NCBI GenBank assembly: GCA_963836235.1
Contig: CAWIIP010000004.1
Span: forward strand, 128,001 to 192,000
Source of the DNA: an uncultured Pseudomonadota bacterium
GTDB taxonomy: Bacteria > Oederibacteriota > Muellerivitia > Muellerivitales > Muellerivitaceae
Direction: 5' to 3'
Length of the DNA: 64,000 nucleotides
Shown: piece after piece, positions 19,388 through 27,727 of the stretch
Numbering within the stretch: the stretch's first letter is position 1
How the letters are laid out: each line of letters begins with the position of its first letter
Translations under genes and position numbers: made by a program
Notes under the pieces: generated by a model
What the model saw: the letters and a program-made list of their open reading frames with translations, nothing else
Databases searched by the model: none
Told to the model about the DNA's origin: nothing

Positions 19388-19510
19388 CATACTTATTTGG
19401 TCCAACTGATTATTTCGACCTTTTTACCCATGGCGGGGGAGTGGTGTGGATAACAACCAAGCCCCTTTTAACCCGTTGCTTTGAATTTCCCTTGGAGGTT
19501 TTTTTAGCCA

Positions 19511-20242
19511 ATGTGTGGACGATACATAATCAGCTCTGATCCCGGTAAGGTTGCCAAGGACTTTAAGGCCGACCCTTACGAGTCCTTTAAGCCCAGCTAC
19601 AATGTCAAGCCGACCCAAAAGGCCCCGATCATTCGCCTGAACCCCGAAACCGGAAAAAGGGAACTGGTCCTGGTCAAATGGGGGATGCCTTTTTTTGACC
19701 TGAAATCCAAGAAATATATTTATAAGCTTATCAACGCCGTGGGCGAGACCATCACCGAGAAAGCGACCTTCAAGAAGCATTTCAGGGAAGACAGATGTTT
19801 GGTTCCTGTAGACGGCTTTTACGAATGGAAGGAAATCTCCAGTAAGTTGAAACAGCCTTACTTCATCGAGTTAAAGGCCAAAGGCACCTTCGCTTTTGCC
19901 GGTATTTGGGGCCGGTGGAACATGACGGTGGACGACGAAGCCACCATCCTCAAAAAGAAAATGGTAAACCCCAATTACGAACCCAAAAAGGAGGAAGTCG
20001 AGACTTTCTCCATTATCACAACCACCCCCAACAAACTGCTGAAAGAAATCCATAACACCAAGCCCCGTATGCCGGTCATCGTCGAAAAAAAGAATTGGGA
20101 TGCTTGGTTGGACCGTTCCTTCCAGGAGGAGGGTTCTTTAAAAGGCTTCTTGCGGTCTTATCCCGATGAGAAAATGCAGGCATGGCCGGTCAAGCCGCTC
20201 TCCGGGGATGATGCTTCGCTTATTGAAAAAGTAAAGATTTAG
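19511..20242 (+). CDS. SOS response-associated peptidase (SRAP/YedK)
   Basis: N-terminal MCGRY, YNVKPTQ, INA..E, GFYEW, H..RMPV. Confidence 0.93.
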   Translation: MCGRYIISSDPGKVAKDFKADPYESFKPSYNVKPTQKAPIIRLNPETGKRELVLVKWGMPFFDLKSKKYIYKLINAVGETITEKATFKKHFREDRCLVPVDGFYEWKEISSKLKQPYFIELKAKGTFAFAGIWGRWNMTVDDEATILKKKMVNPNYEPKKEEVETFSIITTTPNKLLKEIHNTKPRMPVIVEKKNWDAWLDRSFQEEGSLKGFLRSYPDEKMQAWPVKPLSGDDASLIEKVKI

Positions 20243-20244
20243 GA

Positions 20245-20451
20245 ATGAAAGACTTTCCTTTTTGGCGCGGGGCGATCTACGCCGCAAAGACAGCTCTTAT
20301 TTTAAAAACCGTTGGGGAGGATCTTTCAAATTTCCAAGCCCAATCCGGGCTTTTTGGCGACGAGGAGAAGAAGCTGACCGACGAACAAGTGGCTGTCCTG
20401 CGCACGCAATACTCTGAAAAGATGAAAAAACTTATCGCGGAGAGGATTTGA
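20245..20451 (+). CDS. Small hypothetical protein
   Basis: Tightly packed between SRAP and the nuclease gene. Confidence 0.5.
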   Translation: MKDFPFWRGAIYAAKTALILKTVGEDLSNFQAQSGLFGDEEKKLTDEQVAVLRTQYSEKMKKLIAERI

Positions 20452-20453
20452 AA

Positions 20454-20930
20454 ATGAAAAATATTAATTCTCTATCTACTTTGCAAATCGGGGCGCTTGG
20501 TGTGTTACTAACCCAATTTGAGCTTCTTAAGGAGGGAATTGAATCCGCGCATCTTACTACTGATGCCGGTATTGACCTTGTGGCCTATTCGCCAAAAAAA
20601 GTTAAACCAGTTACCATTCAGGTAAAAGCTAATTTAAAACCCAAACCAGGTGGCGGCAAAGGCCCGAATTCAGTTGATTGGACTGTTCCAGGTGATTCGC
20701 CAGCCGAATTGTTCTCCTTTGTCGATGTTTCGGAAAGACGGGTTTGGCTAGTTACAAAAAATGAAATAGAAAGGGTGGCTCAACAACACCCGAAAAGTGG
20801 GAAGCACCATTTATATATGTACGTTGTGGACCCGGCCAAACTTAAAGGAAAAATTGGTATCGCTTCCCACGTTTCTAATTTTGATAAATACCGCCTTGAA
20901 AAAAGAATTAAAGAGCTTTTTTTTACTTAA
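20454..20930 (+). CDS. PD-(D/E)xK nuclease-family protein
   Basis: GALG...DAGIDLV...IQVK motif. Confidence 0.6.
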   Translation: MKNINSLSTLQIGALGVLLTQFELLKEGIESAHLTTDAGIDLVAYSPKKVKPVTIQVKANLKPKPGGGKGPNSVDWTVPGDSPAELFSFVDVSERRVWLVTKNEIERVAQQHPKSGKHHLYMYVVDPAKLKGKIGIASHVSNFDKYRLEKRIKELFFT

Positions 20931-20987
20931 AAAATTCTTCAATTCCCTGAAAATTCTCTCATTTCAAATTTACTAACTCATTAAAAC

Positions 20988-21029
20988 TTGACCTTTACGA
21001 AAGGCGGAAGGTATACAAGAGTATACCTT
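20988..21029 (+). promoter_or_regulatory. umuDC promoter with palindromic operator
   Basis: TTGACC (20988); AAGGTATAC-AAGA-GTATACCTT (21008-21029) overlapping the -10 region. Confidence 0.6.
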
Positions 21030-21054
21030 TACCCTATTTCGCAAGGATATTGTC

Positions 21055-21522
21055 ATGCGCGCTCACTTTCTAGGACCCATCGATAAACACAAAGATATTC
21101 TCCTCGACCTGATAGACCCGCCCATTCATGCCGGGGCACCCGGCCCCCCGGAAGAGTACCGGCGAAAGAGGGTGGATCTCAACAAGCTCCTCATGGACAA
21201 CATGGACGCCACTTTTCTTTGGTTTGCCGAAGGGGAATCCATGATCGATATCGGCATCCGAACCGACGACCTTTTGGTGATTGATCGTTCCTTGGACGCG
21301 GTGGATGGGGACATTGTGGTGGCTGGCTTCAACGGGGACAACACCGTGAAACGGCTTTCCGTGAACAAGGAAAAAGTCTTTTTGCTTCCCGAAAATTCCA
21401 ATTACCAACCCATCCCCATCAACCCCGAGGAAGGCGTCACCATTTGGGGCGTGGTCATCCTTGTCATTCACCCCTTGAGGAAGTCCTATGAACTCCGTCG
21501 TCGCCTTAATCGATTGCAATAA
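21055..21522 (+). CDS. umuD: UmuD-like S24 peptidase
   Basis: HAG cleavage site, GESM (Ser), TVKRL (Lys), PENSNY. Confidence 0.9.
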   Translation: MRAHFLGPIDKHKDILLDLIDPPIHAGAPGPPEEYRRKRVDLNKLLMDNMDATFLWFAEGESMIDIGIRTDDLLVIDRSLDAVDGDIVVAGFNGDNTVKRLSVNKEKVFLLPENSNYQPIPINPEEGVTIWGVVILVIHPLRKSYELRRRLNRLQ

Positions 21523-22759
21523 CTACTACGTCAGTTGCGAGAGGCTGTTTAACCTCAGGCTACGCGATAGGCCGGTGGTGGTCTTGTCCAACAACGACGG
21601 CATTATTATTTCCCGCTCGAACGAGGCCAAGGCCTTGGGGATCAAGATGGGCTCCCCCTTATTCGAGGTTAGGGAAGCGGTCGAGAGGCTGGGGATCATT
21701 GTCATCTCCTCAAATTACCCCTTCTACTTCGACATGTGCGACCGGGTGCGGGGCGTCTTGGCCCGGTTCACCCCGCTCCTGGATAAATACTCCATAGACG
21801 AGTGCTTTCTTGACCTCTCCGGCATACCTGCCCACGAGCTGGACGGTTATGGGCGCTTGATAAAAAAGACGGTTGAGAAATGGACGGGGATACCGGTCAC
21901 CGTGGGGATCGCCGAGACGAAATGCCTCGCCAAGGTCGCCAATAAGATCGCCAAGAAATCGAAGAGGGCCAAGGGAGTCCTGAACCTTTACCAATCCCCC
22001 CACATGGAGAGGGCGTTGGGGATGACCGACGTGGGGAGCCTTTGGGGAGTTGGGCCGGCCTACGAGAACGCCTTGAAGGGGGTGGGGATCAAGACGGCCC
22101 TGGATTTCGTCAGGGCCGAGGAACATTGGGTGAGGAAAAAAATGACGGTGGTGGGGTCCAGGATACAGATGGAACTCAAGGGCTTCCCTTGCATTCCGCT
22201 GGAATGGATTCCTCCCTCTAAGGAGCAGATGGGTATCGCGCAGGGTTTCGGGGTGCTGGTGGAGACCTTGGAGGAAATGCGGGAGGCCGCGGCCTTCAAG
22301 GGCTCGGAAATGGCGGCCAAGGCGAGAAGGGAAAAGAAGGCCATCAAGGAAATGACCGTCTGGATTCAGACCAACCCTTTCAGCGACGGCCCCAGCCACG
22401 AGGATTCGGAACCTATCGTTTTTCCGGTGGCCACCCAGGACACGGCCACTCTCATCCGGGCGGTGGAGGGGCCGGTGTCCCGGCTTTACAAACCCGGTTT
22501 CGGCTACAAGCGCATCGGGGTTTGGGCGAAAAAACTTGAGGGCGAGGATTGCGTCCAGGGCCACCTCTGGGTCAACCCGGACCGGGAGAAAAAACCCAAG
22601 CTCCTTAAGTGTATGGACCAGATCAACCGGGACTTTGGGCCGGGCACCCTGCGCATGGCCTCGGTGGTACGGAACCCAAGGTGGCCCACCCGGTTCGACC
22701 ACCAAAGCCCGGCCTACACGACGGACCCGATGGGGATTCCAAGGGCCAGGGTGAAATAA
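21488..22759 (+). CDS. umuC: Y-family DNA polymerase V subunit UmuC
   Basis: DCNNYYVSCE, VLSNNDG, YSIDE, C-terminal SPAYTT. Confidence 0.93.
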   Translation: MNSVVALIDCNNYYVSCERLFNLRLRDRPVVVLSNNDGIIISRSNEAKALGIKMGSPLFEVREAVERLGIIVISSNYPFYFDMCDRVRGVLARFTPLLDKYSIDECFLDLSGIPAHELDGYGRLIKKTVEKWTGIPVTVGIAETKCLAKVANKIAKKSKRAKGVLNLYQSPHMERALGMTDVGSLWGVGPAYENALKGVGIKTALDFVRAEEHWVRKKMTVVGSRIQMELKGFPCIPLEWIPPSKEQMGIAQGFGVLVETLEEMREAAAFKGSEMAAKARREKKAIKEMTVWIQTNPFSDGPSHEDSEPIVFPVATQDTATLIRAVEGPVSRLYKPGFGYKRIGVWAKKLEGEDCVQGHLWVNPDREKKPKLLKCMDQINRDFGPGTLRMASVVRNPRWPTRFDHQSPAYTTDPMGIPRARVK

Positions 22760-22876
22760 AAAACACTCGTGAAATCATTTCAGCGAGGAATAGTAATGGT
22801 TTTGTCGATGTCCCATGGAAGTGAAACTTCCGCGCCATGGAAGTCGAAAAATGAAGTTTCCCGTTTGTTTGGGTCT

Positions 22877-22971
22877 GTTTTCTCATGCTCCGATGGCGAA
22901 CCCCCCTATCTACGCATCAAGTGATGATGCGAGAACCGATAGGGGGGTTCGCCCTCTACGCATGAGAAAAC
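22877..22971. repeat. Long imperfect hairpin
   Basis: GGCGAACCCCCCTATC/GATAGGGGGGTTCGCC 16-bp stem nested in GTTTTCTCATGC/GCATGAGAAAAC. Confidence 0.8.
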
Positions 22972-23185
22972 CTTTATAAACCAGAGAAATTGACTTGATG
23001 CGGAAGTTAATAGGAGTGAGAAAGACAACAGAAAAGACAAAGACACACATAGGAAACTGGAGTGGGAGGACGGGAGTGAAGTGGTGGGGGTATGCGATGT
23101 GGTAGGTGCTAAGGCAGACCGTAGCCGGGGGAGTTAGTGGTAGGTGGATATTGGACGGGTTAAAGACAAGGCAAAGGATCGAGGC

Positions 23186-23229
23186 AATGGGGCCTCCTGG
23201 AAAAACACCAGGAGGCCCCATTTTTTTTT
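23186..23229 (+). terminator. Intrinsic terminator
   Basis: AATGGGGCCTCCTGG-7 nt loop-CCAGGAGGCCCCATT followed by a T-run. Confidence 0.85.
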
Positions 23230-23533
23230 ACTTGTTAGGGAACAGGTTAGGGGACTGCTTATAGGGTTATGGATTAAACGCAAGAAGGCCATTTAAGGGG
23301 GGAACGAAAAAGGGAAGAACGTCCTTTTTCGTGGGCCTTCCCCCTGGTCCAAGCTTCCCCACAAAAGCGGTGGGGAATCTCGGACCACCCCTTTCCCCTG
23401 GGGGCTTTGCCCCCAAGCCCCTTACCAAAAGGGAAAGACCCCTTTTGGAATTCCCAAGGAAACACCGTTGGTAGTGATAGGAGTTGTCGCGTTGAAGCTC
23501 CCTTTCATTTTCCAACGGGGACCCCACCAAGCC

Positions 23534-23626
23534 GAAATCCCCCTTACCGGCTTTCTATCCAGCCAAAGTATTTGAGCCCTTCGGGGAATGGAATTTTGGA
23601 GGCTAAAAGCCGGTAAGGGGGATTTC
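23534..23626. repeat. 21-bp perfect inverted repeat with 51-nt loop
   Basis: GAAATCCCCCTTACCGGCTTT / AAAGCCGGTAAGGGGGATTTC. Confidence 0.85.
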
Positions 23627-24235
23627 AGATTGGCCCATCCCCGTTGGCACTGTCCCGCCTGGGCCACGGAAAAATGCGGCCCTGGCAGGACAGCGATAAA
23701 TGAAAGGGGACTTTGAGTCCTCAGGGCCGTTTCAAAAAAGGAAAATTTCGGGGTAACCGCAAAAGATACCCCCTCGGTTTCCCTTTTTTGAAAGGACTTC
23801 GTCCCCGCCTTCGGAAAGCACGAAGGCTCCCGGCACTTCGGGTATCGGGGAACCATTAAAACCTTCGCCGTGGATCTGAGTCGTTATTCCCGCCTGAAGT
23901 ATTCCAGCAAACCCATAAAGCAGACATAGAAGTCCGGTACCCCAGGTATTAGGACGATGGACAGTTTCGGGAATTCGTCCCGAGGCCTTATAGCAGTTTT
24001 CCTTTCCACACGGCCACCCTTGCAAGGCAACTTTTGCGCCAGCCAAAGAGCGGCTGTCACAAAAGTTAAGGGATGGCCTTGCCTTTCTTCTCCTCCGATT
24101 AGTTCAGGACGTTTCCCCGCACGAACTCCCAAAACTCCGGCTTTGCCTTCTCCCTCCCCCCTTTTTTGTGAGGGGGGAGGGGGAAGGCGGTTTTTAAAAG
24201 GCGAAGAGCCTTCAAAAAAAAAGGAGGTGGTGGAC

Positions 24236-24355
24236 ATGGACGAGAACACGAAGCCGGAGGAGAAGACGGGAGGAATCCAAGGCGAGGGCTGGAAAGTCAC
24301 CGACGAGGAGATCGACCGGGTCATCAAGAAGCTGGAAGAGGGTTGGGGGTTTTAA
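24236..24355 (+). CDS. 39-aa acidic small protein
   Basis: Strong RBS AAGGAGGTG upstream of the ATG; MDENTKPEEK...EEGWGF; first of a tight operon. Confidence 0.55.
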   Translation: MDENTKPEEKTGGIQGEGWKVTDEEIDRVIKKLEEGWGF

Positions 24356-24364
24356 GGAGGGGGT

Positions 24365-24595
24365 ATGGCGCGCTCATCGTTTCAGGTCAGGAAGTTCAAA
24401 GTTTTGGGCCGGTATGAAATCCACTTTGGGCAGGTGGAAGGGTTCTTTTTCTACGAGATCGAGGACTTGGAAACCCTTGCCATGGTGGACGTGAAAGACG
24501 GCTTGACCGAGGGCGAGTTTTTGGAAGCGGTGGGAAGCGCCATGAACCCGATGGAATTCTTTGTTTTTCAAAAGCTTATTCACTCAATCACATAA
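24365..24595 (+). CDS. Small acidic hypothetical protein
   Basis: RBS AAGGAGG, operon context. Confidence 0.65.
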   Translation: MARSSFQVRKFKVLGRYEIHFGQVEGFFFYEIEDLETLAMVDVKDGLTEGEFLEAVGSAMNPMEFFVFQKLIHSIT

Positions 24596-24607
24596 GGAGG
24601 CAGACAG

Positions 24608-25516
24608 ATGAAAAACAACATCGCCGAGGAAATCACGAACCGGATTTTGCAGGACTTGGAAAAGGGCGTCATGCCTTGGGAGAAACCCTGGAAGCAGGGG
24701 CGGGGGCTCCCCCTGCCGGTTAACGCCAGCACGGGGAAGCACTACCGGGGGATTAACGTTTTGGTTCTATGGGACGAGGCCGTGAAGCGGGGATTTTCTT
24801 CCCCCTCATGGGTCACCTTCAACCAAGCCAAGGCCTTAAAGGGAAACGTCAAGAAGGGCGAAAAGGGTTGCGGGGTCGTTTTCTACAAGCGCCTCGCCAA
24901 GACCAAATCCTTGAACCTTTCGGATGAAGTCATGCTCGAACAGCAGACCTTTTGGATTTTGAGGACTTACACGGTTTTCAACCTCGACCAAGTAGAAGGG
25001 CTTGACCACCTGAAAGTAAAACCCGAAACCATCGAGCCCTTTGCCGCCATCGAGGAGGCCGAAGGGCTTTTAGTGGATTCGGGGGCGGAGATTCACCACG
25101 CCGCCCAAGATCGGGCCTTTTACGACCGCAAGGGGGACTTTATCTCCCTCCCCTTGAAAGAGAGCTTCAAGACCCCGGAAGGCTACTACGGCACTGCCTT
25201 GCACGAGTTGACCCACTGGACGGGCCACGAAACCCGCTTGAAACGGGAATTCGGGAAATGGTTTGGCGATCAAGCCTATGCCTTCGAGGAATTGGTGGCC
25301 GAAATGGGAGCCGCCTTCCTTTCCGTTTCTTGCGGCATTCCTTACGTCACCCGGCATTCCGACTACATCGGCGACTGGATTCAGGTTTTGAAAGACCACA
25401 AGAGGGCCATCTTCACGGCGGCGTCAAAGGCCCAGGCCGCCATGGATTTTGTCTTGAAGAGAACCCAAGAGGATTCCGAAGCCACTGAAACCATGCCGGA
25501 CCAATCAGCCGCCTGA
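24608..25516 (+). CDS. ardC: ArdC-family ssDNA-binding antirestriction protein
   Basis: PWEKPW, YRGIN, WVTFNQA, VFNLDQ, HELTHWTG, YAFEELVAE. Confidence 0.92.
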   Translation: MKNNIAEEITNRILQDLEKGVMPWEKPWKQGRGLPLPVNASTGKHYRGINVLVLWDEAVKRGFSSPSWVTFNQAKALKGNVKKGEKGCGVVFYKRLAKTKSLNLSDEVMLEQQTFWILRTYTVFNLDQVEGLDHLKVKPETIEPFAAIEEAEGLLVDSGAEIHHAAQDRAFYDRKGDFISLPLKESFKTPEGYYGTALHELTHWTGHETRLKREFGKWFGDQAYAFEELVAEMGAAFLSVSCGIPYVTRHSDYIGDWIQVLKDHKRAIFTAASKAQAAMDFVLKRTQEDSEATETMPDQSAA

Positions 25517-25528
25517 AAGGAGGGGATT

Positions 25529-26011
25529 ATGAAAAAGCAATTAGTCATGAGATTCAACTTGGATAGTTTCCCCGCGCCGACCGTTCCGCCCGCGTCTTGG
25601 GCGGAGGCGCGGGCCACCTATAAGCGAGGGCCGGTGGTGGGAAGCCCAGACGCAGTGGTTTCATACTTCAAGAAGTTCATCGGAGGGAAACCCAACGAGG
25701 CTTTCCTTTGTATGTTTTTGGACCACCGGAACCACGTCTTGGACTGCGTCTTGATGCAGGAGGGAACTGTGGACCACACCGCAGTCTACCCAAGGGAGAT
25801 TTTCAAGAAAGCTTTCGAACTGAAATCGGCCAGCGGTTTGATCCTCGTGCATAACCATCCGGCTGGAAGCCTGGAACCGTCCGAGGGGGACAAGGCTTTG
25901 ACCCGGCAGATGATGACCGCCGCCCGTTCCTTGGGGTTCACCATCCACGATCATTTGATCGTGGCCCACGAGGGGCATTTTTCTTTCCGCCTAGCCGGAC
26001 TTTTAACCTAA
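25529..26011 (+). CDS. radC: RadC-like JAB-domain protein
   Basis: E..., VYPRE, HNHPAGSLEPSEGD, DHLIV. Confidence 0.9.
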   Translation: MKKQLVMRFNLDSFPAPTVPPASWAEARATYKRGPVVGSPDAVVSYFKKFIGGKPNEAFLCMFLDHRNHVLDCVLMQEGTVDHTAVYPREIFKKAFELKSASGLILVHNHPAGSLEPSEGDKALTRQMMTAARSLGFTIHDHLIVAHEGHFSFRLAGLLT

Positions 26012-26020
26012 GGGGGAACT

Positions 26021-26242
26021 ATGGAAGCCAAGATCAAGAAAATCGGCCAGGAGGCTTTTTGGGTAAGGGGTGGAAATTACCGAACCGTCACAAAGGTCTT
26101 TTTCAAGGATGGGACGGCCATAACCTTTTGGGAAAAGCTTTCCCGGAAGGAGGCGAGTTTTAAGGCCTATTACCAGAAGGGGGTGGACGCAGGAATGACG
26201 GTTGAGGAGGCAACCGTTTTTGCCCAAGGGGGCGGGGTATGA
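26021..26242 (+). CDS. Small hypothetical protein
   Basis: RBS AGGGGG, operon context. Confidence 0.55.
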   Translation: MEAKIKKIGQEAFWVRGGNYRTVTKVFFKDGTAITFWEKLSRKEASFKAYYQKGVDAGMTVEEATVFAQGGGV

Positions 26243-26424
26243 GCCCCCTTGAATCGAATCCCCCGAAGGAAAAACCTGCCAAAATGGGCTTTGACAATTT
26301 CCACCTAGACCATTTTACCTGTAGATGTTGCGGGGCTCATGTGGTCATAAAGAACACCGAGCATTTCAAGATGCTTTGCCCGGAATGCGATCCGGACAGT
26401 TACCAGGAACCTAGTTGGGACTAA
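26239..26424 (+). CDS. Small zinc-finger protein
   Basis: CRCC...CPEC; overlapping start/stop. Confidence 0.5.
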   Translation: MSPLESNPPKEKPAKMGFDNFHLDHFTCRCCGAHVVIKNTEHFKMLCPECDPDSYQEPSWD

Positions 26425-26767
26425 CCCTTTGAACCAGGGAAACCAACCGCCACCTTTGCCGGTGTGGCCTCCGTGACCAAAGGTGGCGGCGCGGGTTTAA
26501 AAATAGATTTTTAAGCTCCGAGGGCTTCACCCCGAACATATAAAGAATTGATTCGTTATTTCTCTGAAACCAGATGGCTTTCTTCCCCCCATTCCTGCCG
26601 GGGGTAGATTAAAGTCAGTTAGGGAAGGGCTCACGCAGTGAATATTAACCACTTCAAGAGTGGCTAACCTGGGAATTTCACAATTATGAAAGGTCCTTGG
26701 CCAACTAGACCCTATTGCCTTTTCTGATTATCAAAACATTAACTGTATAATGACCCTTAATTAAATC

Positions 26768-27727
26768 ATGCCCCACGACCTCGAACGAAAACTTGTCCTG
26801 CTTACCTTATTGGCTTCCAGCCGATATCCTTTGACGCGCGCCGAGATATTCAAAAAACTCCCGTCCTATTATGGCGACCCTAAACGCAAAGCCGATTCAG
26901 CCAAAAAAATGTTCGAGCGGGATAAGGCGGAATTATCGGATGCAGGGTATGAACTTCTAGCAGAACCCATGGAAAGCGGGGATTTTAAGTATCGTCTTAA
27001 CAAGCCAACTGATTTTTTAGACCGAAATTTCCTTCTAACCCAAGAACAAGCTCAAACACTCAACAAAAGCCTAAACGACCCAGTTTTCAGAGGTCAACTT
27101 CCGGGAGTGGCCCTGCTGTCCCTGGCGAAACTGCTCACATTCCATGCTCCTTTCCTAGCAGGGGCTAAAACCCCAAAGGTCGGCCTCGACAAAGAAAGCC
27201 ACACTCTCCATTTCGCCCTTCGGGCGACGCAGGAAGAAAGAGCCATCGACGTGGAATATCCCTCGAAAGAAGGAAAGATGGAACGAAGGATATTCAGCCC
27301 CTATGGCGTATTTACCCAATCGGGAGCTGGTTATCTGACGGCCTGGTGCCATCGGGAAGAAATTCCCAAAGTCCTGGCTCTTTACAAAATCGGACGAATC
27401 GGTTTTTCTCCGGAATCCTACCACCCCAAACCAGATGGCCTTTCTATCGAACGGGATTATGCCTTCACCAATAAATGGGTCAAAGATGAAGCCAGAGGTC
27501 AAAGGGTCATCCTGCGGGTGGATAAAAGAAAAGCCAAACAAATACAGGAACAACACAAGTATTCACTACTCGACATTAAAAAAGACGGGTCTGTTCTGGC
27601 TGAATTTTGGGTGACCAACCCCAAGAGGTTCTTCCGCTTTGTCCTCCAGTTTGGACGTTACGCTCAAATCTTGGAGCCGCTGGAAACCTATAAAGCCTTT
27701 TCGGCTTTTCTGAAGGCCATTTCATGA
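26768..27727 (+). CDS. PafB-like HTH-WYL-WCX regulator
   Basis: KMFERDKAEL..GY (PafB signature), R..SPYG...GYLTAWC WYL domain, C-terminal QFGRYAQILEP. Confidence 0.8.
   Translation: MPHDLERKLVLLTLLASSRYPLTRAEIFKKLPSYYGDPKRKADSAKKMFERDKAELSDAGYELLAEPMESGDFKYRLNKPTDFLDRNFLLTQEQAQTLNKSLNDPVFRGQLPGVALLSLAKLLTFHAPFLAGAKTPKVGLDKESHTLHFALRATQEERAIDVEYPSKEGKMERRIFSPYGVFTQSGAGYLTAWCHREEIPKVLALYKIGRIGFSPESYHPKPDGLSIERDYAFTNKWVKDEARGQRVILRVDKRKAKQIQEQHKYSLLDIKKDGSVLAEFWVTNPKRFFRFVLQFGRYAQILEPLETYKAFSAFLKAIS

Noticed and set aside
21710-22705. Long antisense ORFs (also 1844-2656, 7505-7957, 9772-10335)
   Set aside because: Shadow frames of well-supported genes on the opposite strand.
22910-24327. ORFs listed in the structured non-coding region
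   Set aside because: Overlapping, low-complexity, no RBS or recognisable domains; only the 24236-24355 tail was kept.
26447-26489. 12-bp inverted repeat CCGCCACCTTTG/CAAAGGTGGCGG as oriT
   Set aside because: No recognisable nic motif; equally explained as the end-of-operon hairpin.
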